From: Chrysomallon squamiferum
Lineage: Eukaryota; Animalia; Mollusca
Assembly: GCA_012295275.1 (NCBI GenBank)
Contig: CM022667.1
Location: 13,206,001 to 13,270,000, forward strand
DNA length: 64,000 nt
Direction: 5' to 3'
Shown: piece by piece, positions 15,655 through 30,496 of the stretch
Numbering within the stretch: position 1 is the stretch's first letter
How the letters are laid out: every line of letters begins with the position of its first letter
Notes under the pieces: generated by a model
Database searches by the model: none
What the model was told of the DNA's origin: nothing
Seen by the model: only the letters and a program-made list of their open reading frames with translations
Program-made: the position numbers and the translations under genes

Positions 15655-17029
15655 GTAATAATAATAATAGTAATAATAATAATTATAATAATATAATAAT
15701 GAATAAAACAAAAAAAAAAAAAAAATAAAATAAATAAATAAAAATTAAAACATACTCCATACAAACACCTCATGGAAAAAAAAATTACTCATAAATTATA
15801 ATAAAATTTGATAATAATTATAATTTACGTTTTTAAAAGTAAACCAAAATAATAAACAAATCTGAAAAACAAAGAAACCCCCAAAACAAATGTATTAAAA
15901 AAAAGTAAAAAAAATAAAAAAATCATATAATATAAAACACAACAGCAACACTAAAGTGTCACTACAACAGCCACCACGACCACGTTCAAAAATATTACAG
16001 AACCCCGTCCCCCCCCACAAACTCTCTGGCAGCACCATATGTCCAGGTACATCACGGTTCATTGAACAGTTACGGGCAAACACGTGCACCATTGTAAGAA
16101 AAACATTAACATAATACTTACCTTCGCATAACTCGCTTAACACCGTCACTTTAAGAACGCGACAAAGCGTACGCGCAGCAATAATAACACTGACTTGGGC
16201 AAACCAGAGCGTAAATAAACTTACGACTTGCGTAAAGCGTTTTTGCGTGTAAACAGCTTTGTAAATTTACGCCTCGACTGCGTGAATTACACGTATACCT
16301 AGCTGACCTTTAGCGATCGTTTTCGTCGACCTATAAATTATTATGCAATTTTGGTTTTATTGAACTAATATCTTTGCTTTTCCTTCTTTCGTTCTTTCTT
16401 TATTTTTTCTGAACAAAGTAGCGTGTGGTCAGACATTCTTGCCATTGATAAGCGTTATATACGTATACATTTCTGATCAGAGAATGTTATTCTGTCAAAG
16501 TGTCACTGCTTAATCTTTTCAACGGCGCATTTAACATGTACAGTTATTAAATACGTCCCTGATTGACACAGAACATGTGTGTGTATATATACGTACCTTG
16601 TCACCTATCAATCTGTCTAATAGATTTATATTTCAAAACACTCTTTTATTTGCTTTAGAAGAAGTAAAAAGACCAACGTATATGCGATTAATCGATTTGT
16701 TTGAGAGAGTGTGACTTTTTTTTTTTTTTTTTTTAAATATTTATACAACGTTCGGTCATCGCGAGAACAACCTGCTATTAGAAACAAGTGGTTAAGTCAC
16801 TGGCTGTTAAACTGAACGTACGGGGATCGCGTCTTCCTACCTTCGGTTTTCCAGGAATTATAGGGGAACATTTTTTTAACAAATAAATTCTGTATTTTGC
16901 CCTTCAGTGGTGTGAAGAAATGTCACGCTCCCGCATTCTGAGTCCACGTAAGCGTGCCTGAACCTTCAGCTAGAAGTAGGATTTATTTTTGTTAATCTCT
17001 GCTTATATTTAGGGCCGCAGTGTTAACAA

Positions 17030-17100
17030 GAGAGGAAACCAGTTATAATCTTTTCGTTAGCAGCAAAAGTTTTTTTTTTCACTGACATTCTTCAAACAGA
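17030..17100 (-). mobile_element. Degraded SINE fragment resembling the Meta-SINE core/3' region
   Basis: GAGAGGAAACC...CTTTTCGTTAGCAGCAA resembles the reverse complement of the recalled molluscan Meta-SINE segment (TTGCTGCTAATCGAAAAG...GGTTTCCTCTC). From memory only. Confidence 0.35.
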
Positions 17101-18098
17101 TACGTAATTTATACATACACAGCATACATACATGTATATATACGCACGTACACCCATACACACATATACATATAGTTTTATTATACACTTTCACAGAATT
17201 TAAAATTAGAAAAAAAAAAAAAAAAAAAAACGGTTAATAAAGAGAAAAGACAAAAAGAAATATTTTTAACTGGAGGTATTAAAGATGAAAGATAGGAATA
17301 TAAATATACAAACAATTTTCAGTTAACATAAAATAGCTTGTGGAATATAGAAATAAACATTATTAACTATAATTAACCAATGGGCATCTTTTCAATATTG
17401 AGTGCGGAATTTTCTTGCAACACTACAGCTGCCAAAAATTAATTTGCGGTAAAAAAAAAAAAAAAAAAAAAAATCCCATAAAATAATAGTAACTTTAAAA
17501 AAAATCAGTTTGCGATAGTCTGAGACGAAAAAGAAGTTTTTTTTTATTATTATTATTATTTTTTTAATAAATATATCAGTTAAAAAAAGTAATGAAAAGT
17601 GAAAAATGTTTCAAGTTCTTGCCAAAATACAATTTGTTAACCGAGAGTACAAAATAACGCCATAATGATATTTATTAATTCTGTTTATAATCTTTGCTCC
17701 AGGTTTTGAAAGTTCTCAAAAGGTCAGCTATATAGAATAATCTGTGGATGCGGAGAGACAGAAAAGAAAAAAGGTTTATGGGAAAGAAAGAATGTACGAT
17801 TGAATAAACGAATAAATGAAACAGAAGATAACCAAAAAACAACAACAAAAAAAACAAACAAAAATTAAAATGAATAAATTAATGAATGGATAGATGATGT
17901 ACGATGAATAATGAATAAATGAATTGATGATGGGTAAGGAACGAATGAAAAACGAATAAATAATGAATAGCTAGATGAGTGAAGGGATGAAGAATGGATA
18001 GAGCCTTAAATGCTGAACGAATATTTAATGATATTTTGTTATAATGGTATATATATATAGGTATATAATAATAATAATAATTATTATTATTATAATCA

Positions 18099-18157
<59 letters not shown>

Positions 18158-18209
18158 AAATCTTTGAAAAAGAAGAAGTAAAAAAAAAAAAAAATAAAAA
18201 TAAAGAAAG

Positions 18210-18290
18210 AAACTCTGTCATTCAACAGGTTCGAACCCGCGGCTTCGAGCACAACAGGTGGCCATATCACTCCTGGTGGCAGACGTAATA
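18210..18290 (-). mobile_element. tRNA-derived relic (Pol III B-box)
   Basis: GGTTCGAACCC at 18228-18238 fits the B-box consensus in both orientations, and on the minus strand is followed by T-rich sequence. No intact cloverleaf. Confidence 0.25.
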
Positions 18291-18815
18291 ACTACACGTC
18301 ATGCAGTTTCCCAAGTTTTCACCTCATTCATTCACACAGTCTGATAAAAACGCCATTTTCCTTGCTGGAAGCTATCTCAATCGCTACATTTCTTTCTTCT
18401 TCTTCTTCTTTTTTTTTTTTTTTTTTTAAAAATATATATTTTAAATGTATTTTTCTTTTAGACGTGCATATGTTTTACATCGTCAATGCAGACAGGCATA
18501 AATCTGAGTGAAGAGAGAGACTGAAAAGAAAAATGCGTTTACAGACTACAAGATGGCTATCTGAGGCGATGATTAATTTATGTACTTGCCACACATGCGC
18601 ACAAGGAAGACACGAAAAATCTGTCATTTATTCGGCGGGTCTAAGCAGTACACTGGTTCCACCGCGTACAGTTCGACCAGTGCTTTTTGTGTTCTTACGC
18701 CGAAACGACAGATTGAAAGCTCTTCTCTGCTCGAAAAGATAGGAAATATAAGTTTAAATTTTGAAGCAGCCATTTTGAGATTAGAGATTACATTTTATAC
18801 TACTACTACTACTAT

Positions 18816-18849
<34 letters not shown>

Positions 18850-18874
18850 GCTACTAATTATAATAATAATAATA

Positions 18875-18910
<36 letters not shown>

Positions 18911-19616
18911 AAAATTATAATTAGATAAAAATATTTCTTAATAAAATTAAGAAATTAAGAAAGGGTGAAAACATGTTTATGCAAATTGGTATTTGACGAA
19001 TTGCATTACAAGAACATTAATTTTAAAACAAAATGACAACGTCGACAACGATGACGATAATAATGATTGAAAAGAAAAGGCGTCTTGGATAAAACAAACA
19101 AACAAACAACACCCCCCCCCCCGACATACACAAACATAACCGCGCCTGAGCGACTTTATCCTTTAGATTTCTCCATTTAATTATGTGGTCTTTTCAAACA
19201 GTTCAAATCTGCAGATTAAATTATAAATAAACGTTATGAGTATTTTTCAACGTCACTGCTAATGTCTTCAGACTCGATAAACTCGACTATCTCAAGATAA
19301 AGAGAAATGAAAAAAGAGAAAACGAAAGACGACAAAAACAAAACTGTTTTTTTTTTTTTTTTTTTTTTTTTTATCCTCTAAAGTTATGACTTTTATTTTC
19401 ATAACTTGCCAAGCGCGCGCTACAAAACAGACGTACATTTATTTATCGGCAGACACCAGGACGAGTCAATAAACATTAAGTACCGCGAACGACCACAAAC
19501 GACCGAACGTGGTCAGTGACTTTTCACGGTTCAGGAATATACCCTATTGTATTATTCTGATACCAGTTATTATGACTAATAGAGTAATCTTAGGTGTATG
19601 GTGTATGTATATATGC

Positions 19617-19674
<58 letters not shown>

Positions 19675-19755
19675 AGGATTTGAACTTACTCGTTTGTGGT
19701 TTAATCTTTTATTCCGGGCGTGCGCGTGTTTTGTCGATTTGTCTGTGTGTCGCCG

Positions 19756-19770
19756 GGGTCAGTCGGTGCG
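19756..19770 (+). promoter_or_regulatory. DR3 nuclear-receptor element GGGTCA-GTC-GGTGCG
   Basis: Read directly from the sequence; member of the recurring RGKTCR-N3-GGTGCR motif. Confidence 0.5.
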
Positions 19771-20301
19771 AAACCTGTCACACGAAACAATGCGGTCAGA
19801 CAAGATCTGTATCGACAACATGAAAATTAAAATAACATTAGCCGCAAATAGCGATAGTAATAATGACACGGGCCATAACTTTTTCTACCTTTACCGGTTC
19901 AATATCACCTTTACCTCGATTCCTATTGTTCACGATGTTGTTATTGATGTTGTTGTTGATGTTGCTGATGTTGTTTTTGATATCCTTCTTGTCGTTGTTA
20001 ATGTTTTTGCGGTGTCGTTGATAACGTTGTTGTTGTTGTTGTTGTTGTTGTTGTTAATGTTCGTGTAGCTATTACTGCCACTGCTGTTGTCATTATTGAT
20101 GTTAATGTTAATGTTGCTGTACCTGTGCTGATGTTGTTGTTTATCACGGCTAATAAAATGAGTGTATTTGCACTGTTTATTGCATCATTAAAATATCTAA
20201 AGTATCTAAACAGTCACATGTTGTCGTGAAATCTTGGTTAATTGTTCAAAACAATGTGGGTGTCGCTTTGGGTGCGTGCGTGTGGGTGTGTTTGAGGCTG
20301 C

Positions 20302-20639
20302 ATGTACGTATGTATGCATGGATGTATTATGTATGTATGTATGTATGTATATATGTATGTATGTATGTATAAATATGTTTGTATGTATAAATATGTATGT
20401 ATGTATGTTTGTATTTATGTAAATAAGTATGTATTATGTATGTATGTATGTATAAGTATGTGTATGTGTATCCATAATCAATATCTGTATCCATATATGT
20501 TTGTCTGTCTGGCTGACGGTCCGTACATGTGTCTATCTATCTATCTATCTATCTAGCTATATGTATCTGTCTGCTATCTATCTGTCTGTCTATCCATCTA
20601 TCTATCTATATGTATATCTATATCTATCTATCTACCTTA

Positions 20640-20695
<56 letters not shown>

Positions 20696-20745
20696 ATATA
20701 TATATATATATATATATGTGTATGTGTATGTGTGTGTGTGTGTGT
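20302..20745. repeat. Compound (ATGT)n-(ATCT)n-(AT)n-(GT)n microsatellite
   Basis: Direct read; boundaries approximate. Confidence 0.9.
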
Positions 20746-21279
20746 TACATGTGCGCATATTTATATAATATCGTCTGTGTTCAATGTGTATCTTGTCTAG
20801 TTTTACTAGACCGGTTATCGAACTTGGTAGACAGTTTGCGACATTATCATTAAAGATAATCCAGCATTATCTCAGCGAGAAGATTAAAAATTCCTATAAC
20901 ACTAAGTAAATGGCCGATTAATCCTGGTTTGCCGGTCAGTTTATGGACTGCAGAACTCAGATACCCGATATAAAGTCGTTTTGTGGACCTTTTAACCAGA
21001 CGGCCTCAAGGGAGGTAATTAAAACAAAGGGAGTTAAACTCTTGACTAGCAAAAAAACGTCACAGTAATATCTAGCTATCGATGAGGTGTTTCAGTGCAT
21101 TTTTCAGTCTCTTGAAAGTCATGTATGATGATAATTATGGATAACGACAGGTGCTTTTTTTTTTTTTTTTTTTTTTTTCAACAGAACGTATAATTTATTA
21201 TTTCATTATAATTTTTAAAGTATTTTCTGTCAGCATGCATCCTCTATTTATATTTCCGTTACCTTCTATTCATAAGTCA

Positions 21280-21380
21280 TTAAATGGGCATTTTTAATTG
21301 AAGTTTTGAACAGTAATGTAAGTTTTCTTATATTTTACACTTTATTTCATATACGTATAAAAACATATATAAAGAAATCT

Positions 21381-21382
<2 letters not shown>
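21280..21382 (+). repeat. Dispersed ~100-bp AT-rich repeat followed by (CT)n, copy A
   Basis: TAAATGGGCATTTT.AATTGAAGTTTT.AACAGTAATGTAAGTTTTCTTATATTTTACAC... is nearly identical to 48786-48886. Confidence 0.85.
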
Positions 21383-21605
<223 letters not shown>

Positions 21606-22413
21606 GTAACAAGTGTACAAGTGTGAAGTCTAATTAACCGAGAACTACACGAAATATCATGAAGTCAAAAATTATGGCGTTGTAAGGAAAAATTAAGGCA
21701 CTTTTTAAAAATTTTGTTTTTGTTTTGTTTTATCTACCGTATATACACACGCAGACAGACACAGCACACATACACGAACATACAGCCTTTACATCATGTT
21801 TCCCCTTCTCTATTTCTTTTAATTCCACATCTATCCCCACCTCCTCTCTCTCACGAAAGGTGCAAACGAACCAGCACTTATCAACAGGTGTGGGGTATTC
21901 ACTTTCACAAAGTACGGTGCTATGACGTCACAGGCTGGCGAGGTCACGTGTTAAAGGAAATGATAATTTACAGAGCTTCGAGTGTTGAAATATTATAGCT
22001 CTTTGTAGTGAACCCTTGCACTTTGATAAATCGTGCCATCAAACATCTTAATGCACTGAATCAAAAGTTCTTATAAATAGGAGAATAACAAGTGTCTGCA
22101 GCTGTATGCGACTATTTAAAGAAAACCGCCATTTTTTTTCTCTCCCTCCGTAATTTAAACTGGAGCGAGGCTCGTCGGTTAAGTTCTCCAATAAACGCGA
22201 GGTTGACTTCGGTTCAGTTCGTGTCAGTTGCTCGTTATGATGTTTTGAGTTCAACGATTAGCATATGTAACAAACTAAACAGTACGTGCTGTCCTGTTCT
22301 TTGGGAATGTGAAAGATTATTCGCCATTACGAAGACAACAGTAAAGATTACGTCTGAAATATCGTTTGTTTGTTTGTTGTTTATTTATCTATTTATTTGT
22401 AGTTGTTGTTTTT

Positions 22414-22445
<32 letters not shown>

Positions 22446-23581
22446 TTTTTTTTAGTTTATTAATTTATTCGAAATTATATATTTTTTTAAATTCTTGTGT
22501 AGTAAATTGTATTCTTATGGTGACATATAATATGAATTCTCAAATGCCTATTTTTTTTTTTTTTTTTTTTTATTTTTTTTTTGAAAACATAATTATAGGA
22601 TAAAATCCCGTCATTATATATAATACCACTAAGAATCCACGTGGGGTCCTGTACAAGGCTGTCGGGTGCCAGCTGTGTATAAATTTGTTGCTAACAACCT
22701 AAAACATAATGTACATACTACCAATGTCTCGTATCGGTATTTTAAACATCACAGAACAGTTTTGTTTCCGAATATTTCTTTTATCCGTCCGTTCTGTTTC
22801 ACACGATATAAAATTTCTTCTCATAAAAAGCCTGGAGTTGTTTCAATATCCTTCACTAATTCCAACTTGATCCCACTTGAAAAAAAAACCTCACCTCTAC
22901 AACATAAAAAGATATCAAATATTACAGCGCCTGAGGATTTTTTTTTTTTTTTTTTTTTTTTTTTCAGAAATATTTAAGTGTATGTGTATGTGTGTGATAG
23001 GGCAATGGGTCTTGTTAGTTTGTAACTACTGTTGAAATTGAATGAACAAACAATGGGGGGGGAATGAAAGAATATAGTTAAAGGAAAATGACGAATGAAC
23101 AAATAAATAAATGATTGTAAGGCTGAGTTTAGGAACAAAATTATGAGAAGAAAGAACGGAGGAATAATAGAAAAAAGAAAAGAAGAAATGAATGAATGAA
23201 AGAATGAATAATAAATGAAAGACCGAATGACGAATTGATCAACGAATGAAATAATGAGTAAATAAATAAATGAATAAGTAATGAATGAATAAATAAATAA
23301 ATGAAAAAAAAAAAAGAATAAATAAATAAATAAAAAATAAAAAAGTAAACAACGAAAAATTTAAATAAATGTATAATCGAACAAATGAATAGCAAGTAAG
23401 ATTTCAAAACTGTCAAAAAAAAAAAAAAAAAAAAAAAAGAAAAAAGATGATCTTTTGAAGTTGGGTCAAAGAAAAAAGAAATTAAAATAAAAAACACAGG
23501 AGAATTGCTGAATCAGCAAATCGAAATGCTGAAATGAAAATAAACACACACGTATTTAAGATCCGGTTATTTAATATACAC

Positions 23582-23612
<31 letters not shown>

Positions 23613-23860
23613 AATATATCACTATAACTGTAAATATTTCTTAATATCTTTGTTCGTCACTGATAAAACTTATCAGCATCTTCTATACGATTCTAGGTTC
23701 AAAGATGACGGAGTTTTGTTAGATACACAGACAGATATAGATATATTTATTAGAGTGACTGCTGAGGGGTTGCGTAATACGTGAATATAGAAAATGTGTA
23801 GCTTGTGAATGGGTATATACATATATAAAAAACTATATATGTGTGTGGGTGTGAGTGTGG

Positions 23861-23986
<126 letters not shown>

Positions 23987-24741
23987 CCGTCCTCCTCACT
24001 TAGATAATTAAAGCTGGTATATAAAATACCATTACGCAACAAAGCACTCACACTCATTGACAGATTCATTTATTCAGACATCGTTCGTCATTCATTAATA
24101 TGTCCCATCTGTCTTTCTCCATCCATCCATCCATCCATCCAGCCATCCATACATCCATCGTGAATCTGTCCATGCTGAGAACATATATATATATATATAT
24201 ATATGAGATTCACGCATACAAAAATCACACGCTCTTCGGTTATTACTTTTCGATTTCGGAAATCGCGTCTGTTTATCGCCTTCAGCCCGTGTGTTTATTC
24301 ACACTTTTAGATCCATGCTCGGCAGCGAAATTCCTTCCCTCTATTGTCCTTGTGTGACGACAATTAGCTTTTCACGCCGTCCACCACTTTCACGCCGTCA
24401 CCGATCTTCAAAAGATCTTCGTTCTTGCATGTAAAAACAATTTGCTCGTAAATCAATACGCGGAGCGACGCAAAGACAATAATCTTCAATGGACGGTGAT
24501 ATTTGGTCATCTCTCGAGACCCTTTGCAGCGTAATGCATTACGAGGGCAACCGGTGCAGTACGAAAACGGCCGAAAAAGAACGAGAGACGAACAGCTTCG
24601 CACTGGGTGCCCTGACACGTTTTGCAAAGGGCAGAGAAGCAAGAACAACAACTTTAGAATTGATAACATTAAATTGATCGGAAGATAATTTAGATGCTTT
24701 TGAACGGCCAGCTTCTCAATCACGACATTTTAAACGAGATT

Positions 24742-24756
24742 TGCACCGAACGACCT
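24742..24756 (-). promoter_or_regulatory. DR3 element AGGTCG-TTC-GGTGCA
   Basis: Plus strand reads TGCACC GAA CGACCT. A second near-match, AGGGCA-ACC-GGTGCA, lies at 24544-24558 (+) in the same island. Confidence 0.45.
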
Positions 24757-25219
24757 CATACTCTTGCAGACGAGAATGGCTCGGAAAATCGCGCGAAATC
24801 TCATATTGTCGGCTGCATCCGTTGACGTGTTGAATTAAATATTCTACTGCGCCGACCGTTGCGACACCTAAAGCATACATTTCATTTTTTTTTTTTTTTA
24901 AAAGCCTTTATCGCAGTCTTTATGACTTAATGTAAGATTGCTTGACACTAGTCGCATTAACTGATAAAAAAAAAAAAAAAAAGAAATTTAAAAAATTCAC
25001 CTCGTACTTACAAAGTAGAAAGAATTGCAGTCAGAATGATTTGTACGTCGACGATTTTTAACAATTTATATTGATTTGCGTTAGAGCGTTCATTCAACTT
25101 GCGATTACAGGTTTTACAGTCGCGAATTTTTTTTTAAGAATTATGTAAATATTTTCTTTTATACTCGTCGTATCTGCTATAATTTATTAGTATTTTGGCT
25201 TCGATAAAATGGTATGATA

Positions 25220-25262
<43 letters not shown>

Positions 25263-25405
25263 TAATAATATATATATTAGTAAATAAATAATAATAATAA
25301 TAATAAGAAGAAGAAGAAGAAGAAAAACAAGAAGACGAAGAAGAAGAAGAAGACGAAGAAGAAAAAGAAGAAGAAGAAGACGACGAAGAAGAAGAAGAAG
25401 AAGAA
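25220..25405. repeat. Compound (AAAT)n-(AAT)n-(AAG)n microsatellite
   Basis: Direct read; boundaries approximate. Confidence 0.9.
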
Positions 25406-26187
25406 AAAACGATTACGTGTGCAGTATATATTTATTTCCCAGAGTTCACAGGAAATTGTTACGTGTGTTAAATTTATTTGTACATATGTTGAATCTGGCT
25501 CGAGATGGAGTGACGGGATAAGATAACTTAAGTGATGCAGTCAGCGTTTTATTACGCCCCCCCCCTCTGAACTTGTTTTCGAGAATCTATTTCATATTTC
25601 CCTCTTGATAAGAAAGCTTTGGCTTATCGGAAATTATGAATCTTTATATTTAAAGATTTATAGCGCCAGACATATCAAAGTTTATATATATATATAGTTG
25701 AACAATAATAAAAGAAATGTGGAGAAATAATAATAATAATAATATTAACCATAATAACAACAACAAAAACAACAACAATAATAATAATAATGATGACGTT
25801 GCTAATAATAAAGCCTGTATTTATGCATGTATTTATGTATGTATGTATGTATGCAGATATATTTATATGGATAGATAGATAGACAGCAGACAGATATATA
25901 GATAGGCACAGAGATAGATCCAGTCATAAATAAAAAGTAATACAAGTGTCAGCACAAATATTAACACGCAAAATGCAAAGAAATATGGAAAAAAAAAAGT
26001 TAAACAGACCGACTGAAAAATATATAACAGAAATAACTGAAATTCTATTCGTTTCATTTTTTACAAAAAAAAAAAATAAGAAGAAAAAAAAAATTATCGT
26101 CTTCAGTTTGCGCCATTATGTGTCTTTCAAAACGAAGTTTCCTCCTCTTTCTCTTGAGCACCACTTTGTGTCAATAAGAACAGAAAA

Positions 26188-26202
26188 CGCACCGAGTGAA
26201 CT
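26188..26202 (-). promoter_or_regulatory. DR3 element AGTTCA-CTC-GGTGCG
   Basis: Plus strand reads CGCACC GAG TGAACT. Confidence 0.5.
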
Positions 26203-27686
26203 CTCCATTGATTGATGCTGATGGCAACATTTGTAGTAAATAGCGGTACGGCATGCACAATCTCGACTTGCTCTCTTAATACAAATAACGCAATTTTGTC
26301 TCTGAATTTTTCGGTTTATTTCTCCGGGAATCGAATTACTCGCATGCTGATGACCGCTGTTTGAGAGCGAGCGCGTCAGAATTAACAGGCGAAATCACCC
26401 GAACGCGCCGAAACGTGAATATTTGACCGTTCGTTTCGTGTTTGCAAGGGAAACAACCAATGTCGTCAGACGCAACAACAAAATAATCAAATAGCAAACA
26501 CATTTTTATTGTTCTTTTTTTCTTCTGTTGTCTTAGAAATATTTTTCTCCTCGCTTGTAGTACGTTATTCGTTTTTGATATTTTTTTCCCCCATTGTTAT
26601 ATATTTATTTTCGTTTCGTTTCTTTTTTTCTTAAATTTTTTCTTTCTTATTTAAAAATAAAATCTTATTTTGTTATCAGCGTGGTTTTTATTATAGTTAT
26701 CATCACCACCACCAACAACAACGACAGTGATAATAACAGCCATAACAAAAAGAAGAAGAAAATGACGGTGATAATAATTATAATCACGGAATAATGACAG
26801 CAACAAAGACAATACTTAGCATAATCATCACCATCATCATCATCACAGTCATCAAATTTATTATCATTAGCTGTTTCATACATTTTATCACAATACTCCT
26901 AAGTATTACCACTGTTAATATTTATATTATTATTATTGTTGTTGTTGTTTTTCTTGTTACTGTAGTTGTTAAACCTATTTTGGTGCATGCTGATCCTGTT
27001 CAATAACTTCAAATAGCCAACATCTTTGTAAATACCGTGTAGTAATTTCATCACCCAAAACAGCTAATAACTGAATAATAACAGTAATTTTTCAGTATCA
27101 CGTTTCTCCTAACATCCGTGTCCTTGACAGAAGCAATGCGTCGCAAGAGGATAATTGCAGTGCACTGCAGTGACAGAAGCAGTGACAGTATCGATAATTC
27201 TGTTGTTCGGAAATCCGCACGTTTGTAAAAATTTGTAACTAAAACCGTTTCAAAAATCGCACCCCGGTTTTTTTTTTTATTGTTGAAATAACTGAAAATA
27301 TGTTAACAATTATTAGTTATCTTAAAAAAAAAAAAAAGATATTCAGCTTTTCATCGCGAAAGAAAAAGAGAGAGAAAAAAAGAAAAAAGAAAAAGAAAGA
27401 AAGAAACGGAAGCAAAGCGCTAAGTCAAAACGCACTTGATGATCTGGGCCAGAAATCCATTTACGAGTCGGATAAAACGCACTGAACATTATCAACTGGT
27501 TGACAACTGTCTCTCTGACGCCACATTAATCAGCTGCCTTGGCAATAATAATCAACTTTTGGCTTTTTATTTTTGTCAGCGAAAATCCTTCTTCAATAAG
27601 AAAAAAAAAAAAAAAAACGGAAAGAAAAAGGAAATAAGCAGAACGAGATCATCGTCAAGCTGCTTTGATGGACGCAACGGGCAGAA

Positions 27687-27701
27687 TGCACCGAGTGACC
27701 T
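27687..27701 (-). promoter_or_regulatory. DR3 element AGGTCA-CTC-GGTGCA
   Basis: Plus strand reads TGCACC GAG TGACCT. Confidence 0.5.
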
Positions 27702-28181
27702 CGGCTGTTATCGATAGTGAACGCGGACGAACGTTCGTATCCGATCGGTTGTAAGATAATTAGAAAAAGAATTTCGTGAATGGTCGCAAAACTGTCGAAT
27801 AGATTAATGCGAGGATGAGGAGAAGCGATTCTTGAAAAGACTATTGCTGGCAGTAAATGGGTTAATACAAAAAGTCTTTACAGAACGTCCGAAGCCGTCT
27901 CAGGGGAAAGGATTAAAAAGAAAAAGAAAAAAGAAAAAGAAAAAAGAAGAGGGGTTTTGTTTTTTTGTTGTCTGCTCTTCGCGTCATCTGACGAGATAGG
28001 ATTTAGACGTCGCCCGTGTTAAAATGTTAATCATGGTCTTTGGTGTTTAGGTCTTTTCTTCACTTTCTGTCACTTGGGATTCGCGATAACTCGATATGGA
28101 CACGGTTAGTTAGTGTACCACTAGGTAAAAACCGAGACTATGAGAGAGAGAGACTAGAGAGAGAGAGAGAGAGAGATATAG

Positions 28182-28236
<55 letters not shown>

Positions 28237-28942
28237 AAGCGAGAAATCGACAGACAGATCTTAAACAGTTTAAAGAAATGAAAGAAACGGCTAAGGTTAA
28301 GCAGAAAGGCGAAAAGGAAAGAGAATAATTAAAATAACGTGTCAAAAATATCAGCGATATCGTCATCAGCTTTATAATAATAGTTCATCACCAACATCAT
28401 CATCATCATCATCATCACCATTCTCATAATTCATAATTAACGTACAAGCTACATCAAACCATCAGACGCATTAACAAATTAAAAATTTTTCCAGTGATCT
28501 CCAAACAAACAAACACGAAAACATCTTTTAAATCTAAAACTTAACACGGGAACTTTTCTTTAGCAGACAGCAAGCAAGCCTTTAAAGCATCATGGTCTCT
28601 TAAAAATCTCGATTTAAAAACGCTACTCGGATTTGAAGCAAGGAGGAGAACACGATTTCTCGTTCTTCTCAAGCGGCTGATTTACTACATGGTTATGTTG
28701 CCAAAGGTTGCCAAGAACGGTTAACTTACAGAGATACTTTTTGTCAGAGATGAAGACGAAACACATAAAAAACACAAAGTTTTGACGGGTAAAAAGCGTG
28801 CCACTAATTTGTTTGCTGTCAGGTGTCAGAACTGTTCAGACAAGATTTGAATAACTAGCTTACCTGGTCAGTGACAAAGCAAAAACATTTACACTGTGAC
28901 CCCATCCCACGAAATGTAAATTAAGGTATATTTTATACATTG

Positions 28943-29082
<140 letters not shown>

Positions 29083-29660
29083 ACATTTTTAGTTTTTTTC
29101 TTTATTCTGAAAACAAAAAGATACATCTCACTGTTCGAATACTGTGGTGTATTTTAAAAACAAAAGTTGTCTTTGCAAATTATGTATAGATACTGTAACC
29201 TATAATCTTTTAATTTATTCCATATATTACCTTGAAATCAAATTTAATCGTAAAAATAAACATACAAACACTCACAAATGCGCCCGCATTTCCTTTATAA
29301 AAGACAATTTTCAACGTCGATCACCTTGTCAGATTTATTGTACCTTTCTTAGAAACTGGTCACGTTTGTGACGCTGTTTACCTTTTGATCCTGTATTGTT
29401 CTATGACACGATGTTTGTTTCATTGGCTTATATGTAAATAACTGTACAAGACACAGCTACTACTACTACAAATAATAAATAAATAAAAAATCAAAAAATC
29501 TAGCTAACTGTTTATGATACATTTTGTAGAAATTAATAAACTTTGTGAGTTTATTTATGTAATTTACCAGTATACTGCTGGATTTAAGAATACGAATGAC
29601 ATAATTAATACTTATTCTTTATATATAACAGAGAAAAGAAAAGAATGACTGAAAGAGAGG

Positions 29661-29739
<79 letters not shown>

Positions 29740-29789
29740 AAAGAATGAAAAATGATGATAAAGTTTATTAATAAAGAAAAAGGAAAACT

Positions 29790-30041
29790 AATACTATTAC
29801 TAAATAGTTCGACTACGACTACTACTACTACTGTTAATACTATTACTACTACCTGCAACACCACTGTTACTACCACTAATACTACTACTGCTTCAACAAC
29901 AACAACAACAACTACTACTACTACTACTTCTCCTATTACTACTACTACTATTACAGTTAATACTATACTACCTGAAACAGCATTACTATTACTGTTACTA
30001 CCACTAAAACTACTACTGCTTCAACAACAACAACAACAACA

Positions 30042-30072
<31 letters not shown>

Positions 30073-30100
30073 ATAATAATAATCATCATCATCAACATCA
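29790..30100. repeat. Degenerate (ACT)n/(AAC)n low-complexity tract
   Basis: Direct read; boundaries approximate. Confidence 0.85.
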
Positions 30101-30496
30101 CCATCCAGGAAGAAGAAAAAGAGTATAAGAAGACAATAACGAAACGAGACAAACACTAAGTGGCTACGGGAGAATGCTGTTTATGTCTAACTCGCATATC
30201 TCCGGTTTCTCGAGCTTTCCAAAATGGTAATTAAAATCAGACGAAACTTGACAGGTACAAGATCCACACACACACACACACACACAGGCCGTCTTGGCAT
30301 GAACGAGGGACAGACATTCCCCGCCGGGTGCGTAATGACCACTAATGGGAAACTGGTCAACATTCCCAGACGGGTATAATATAACATGAATGAATGCCAA
30401 GATACTTTCCTTCTCGAAGATTAGCGGTTTATTACGGTTAAGTTCCGATACGAGATTTCCACGTTCGGACCGTGTCGGGTTTCAAGCGTTTCTTTG

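Noticed and set aside
18210-18290. Functional tRNA gene
   Set aside because: A B-box is present, but there is no convincing acceptor, D or anticodon stem; kept only as a low-confidence relic.
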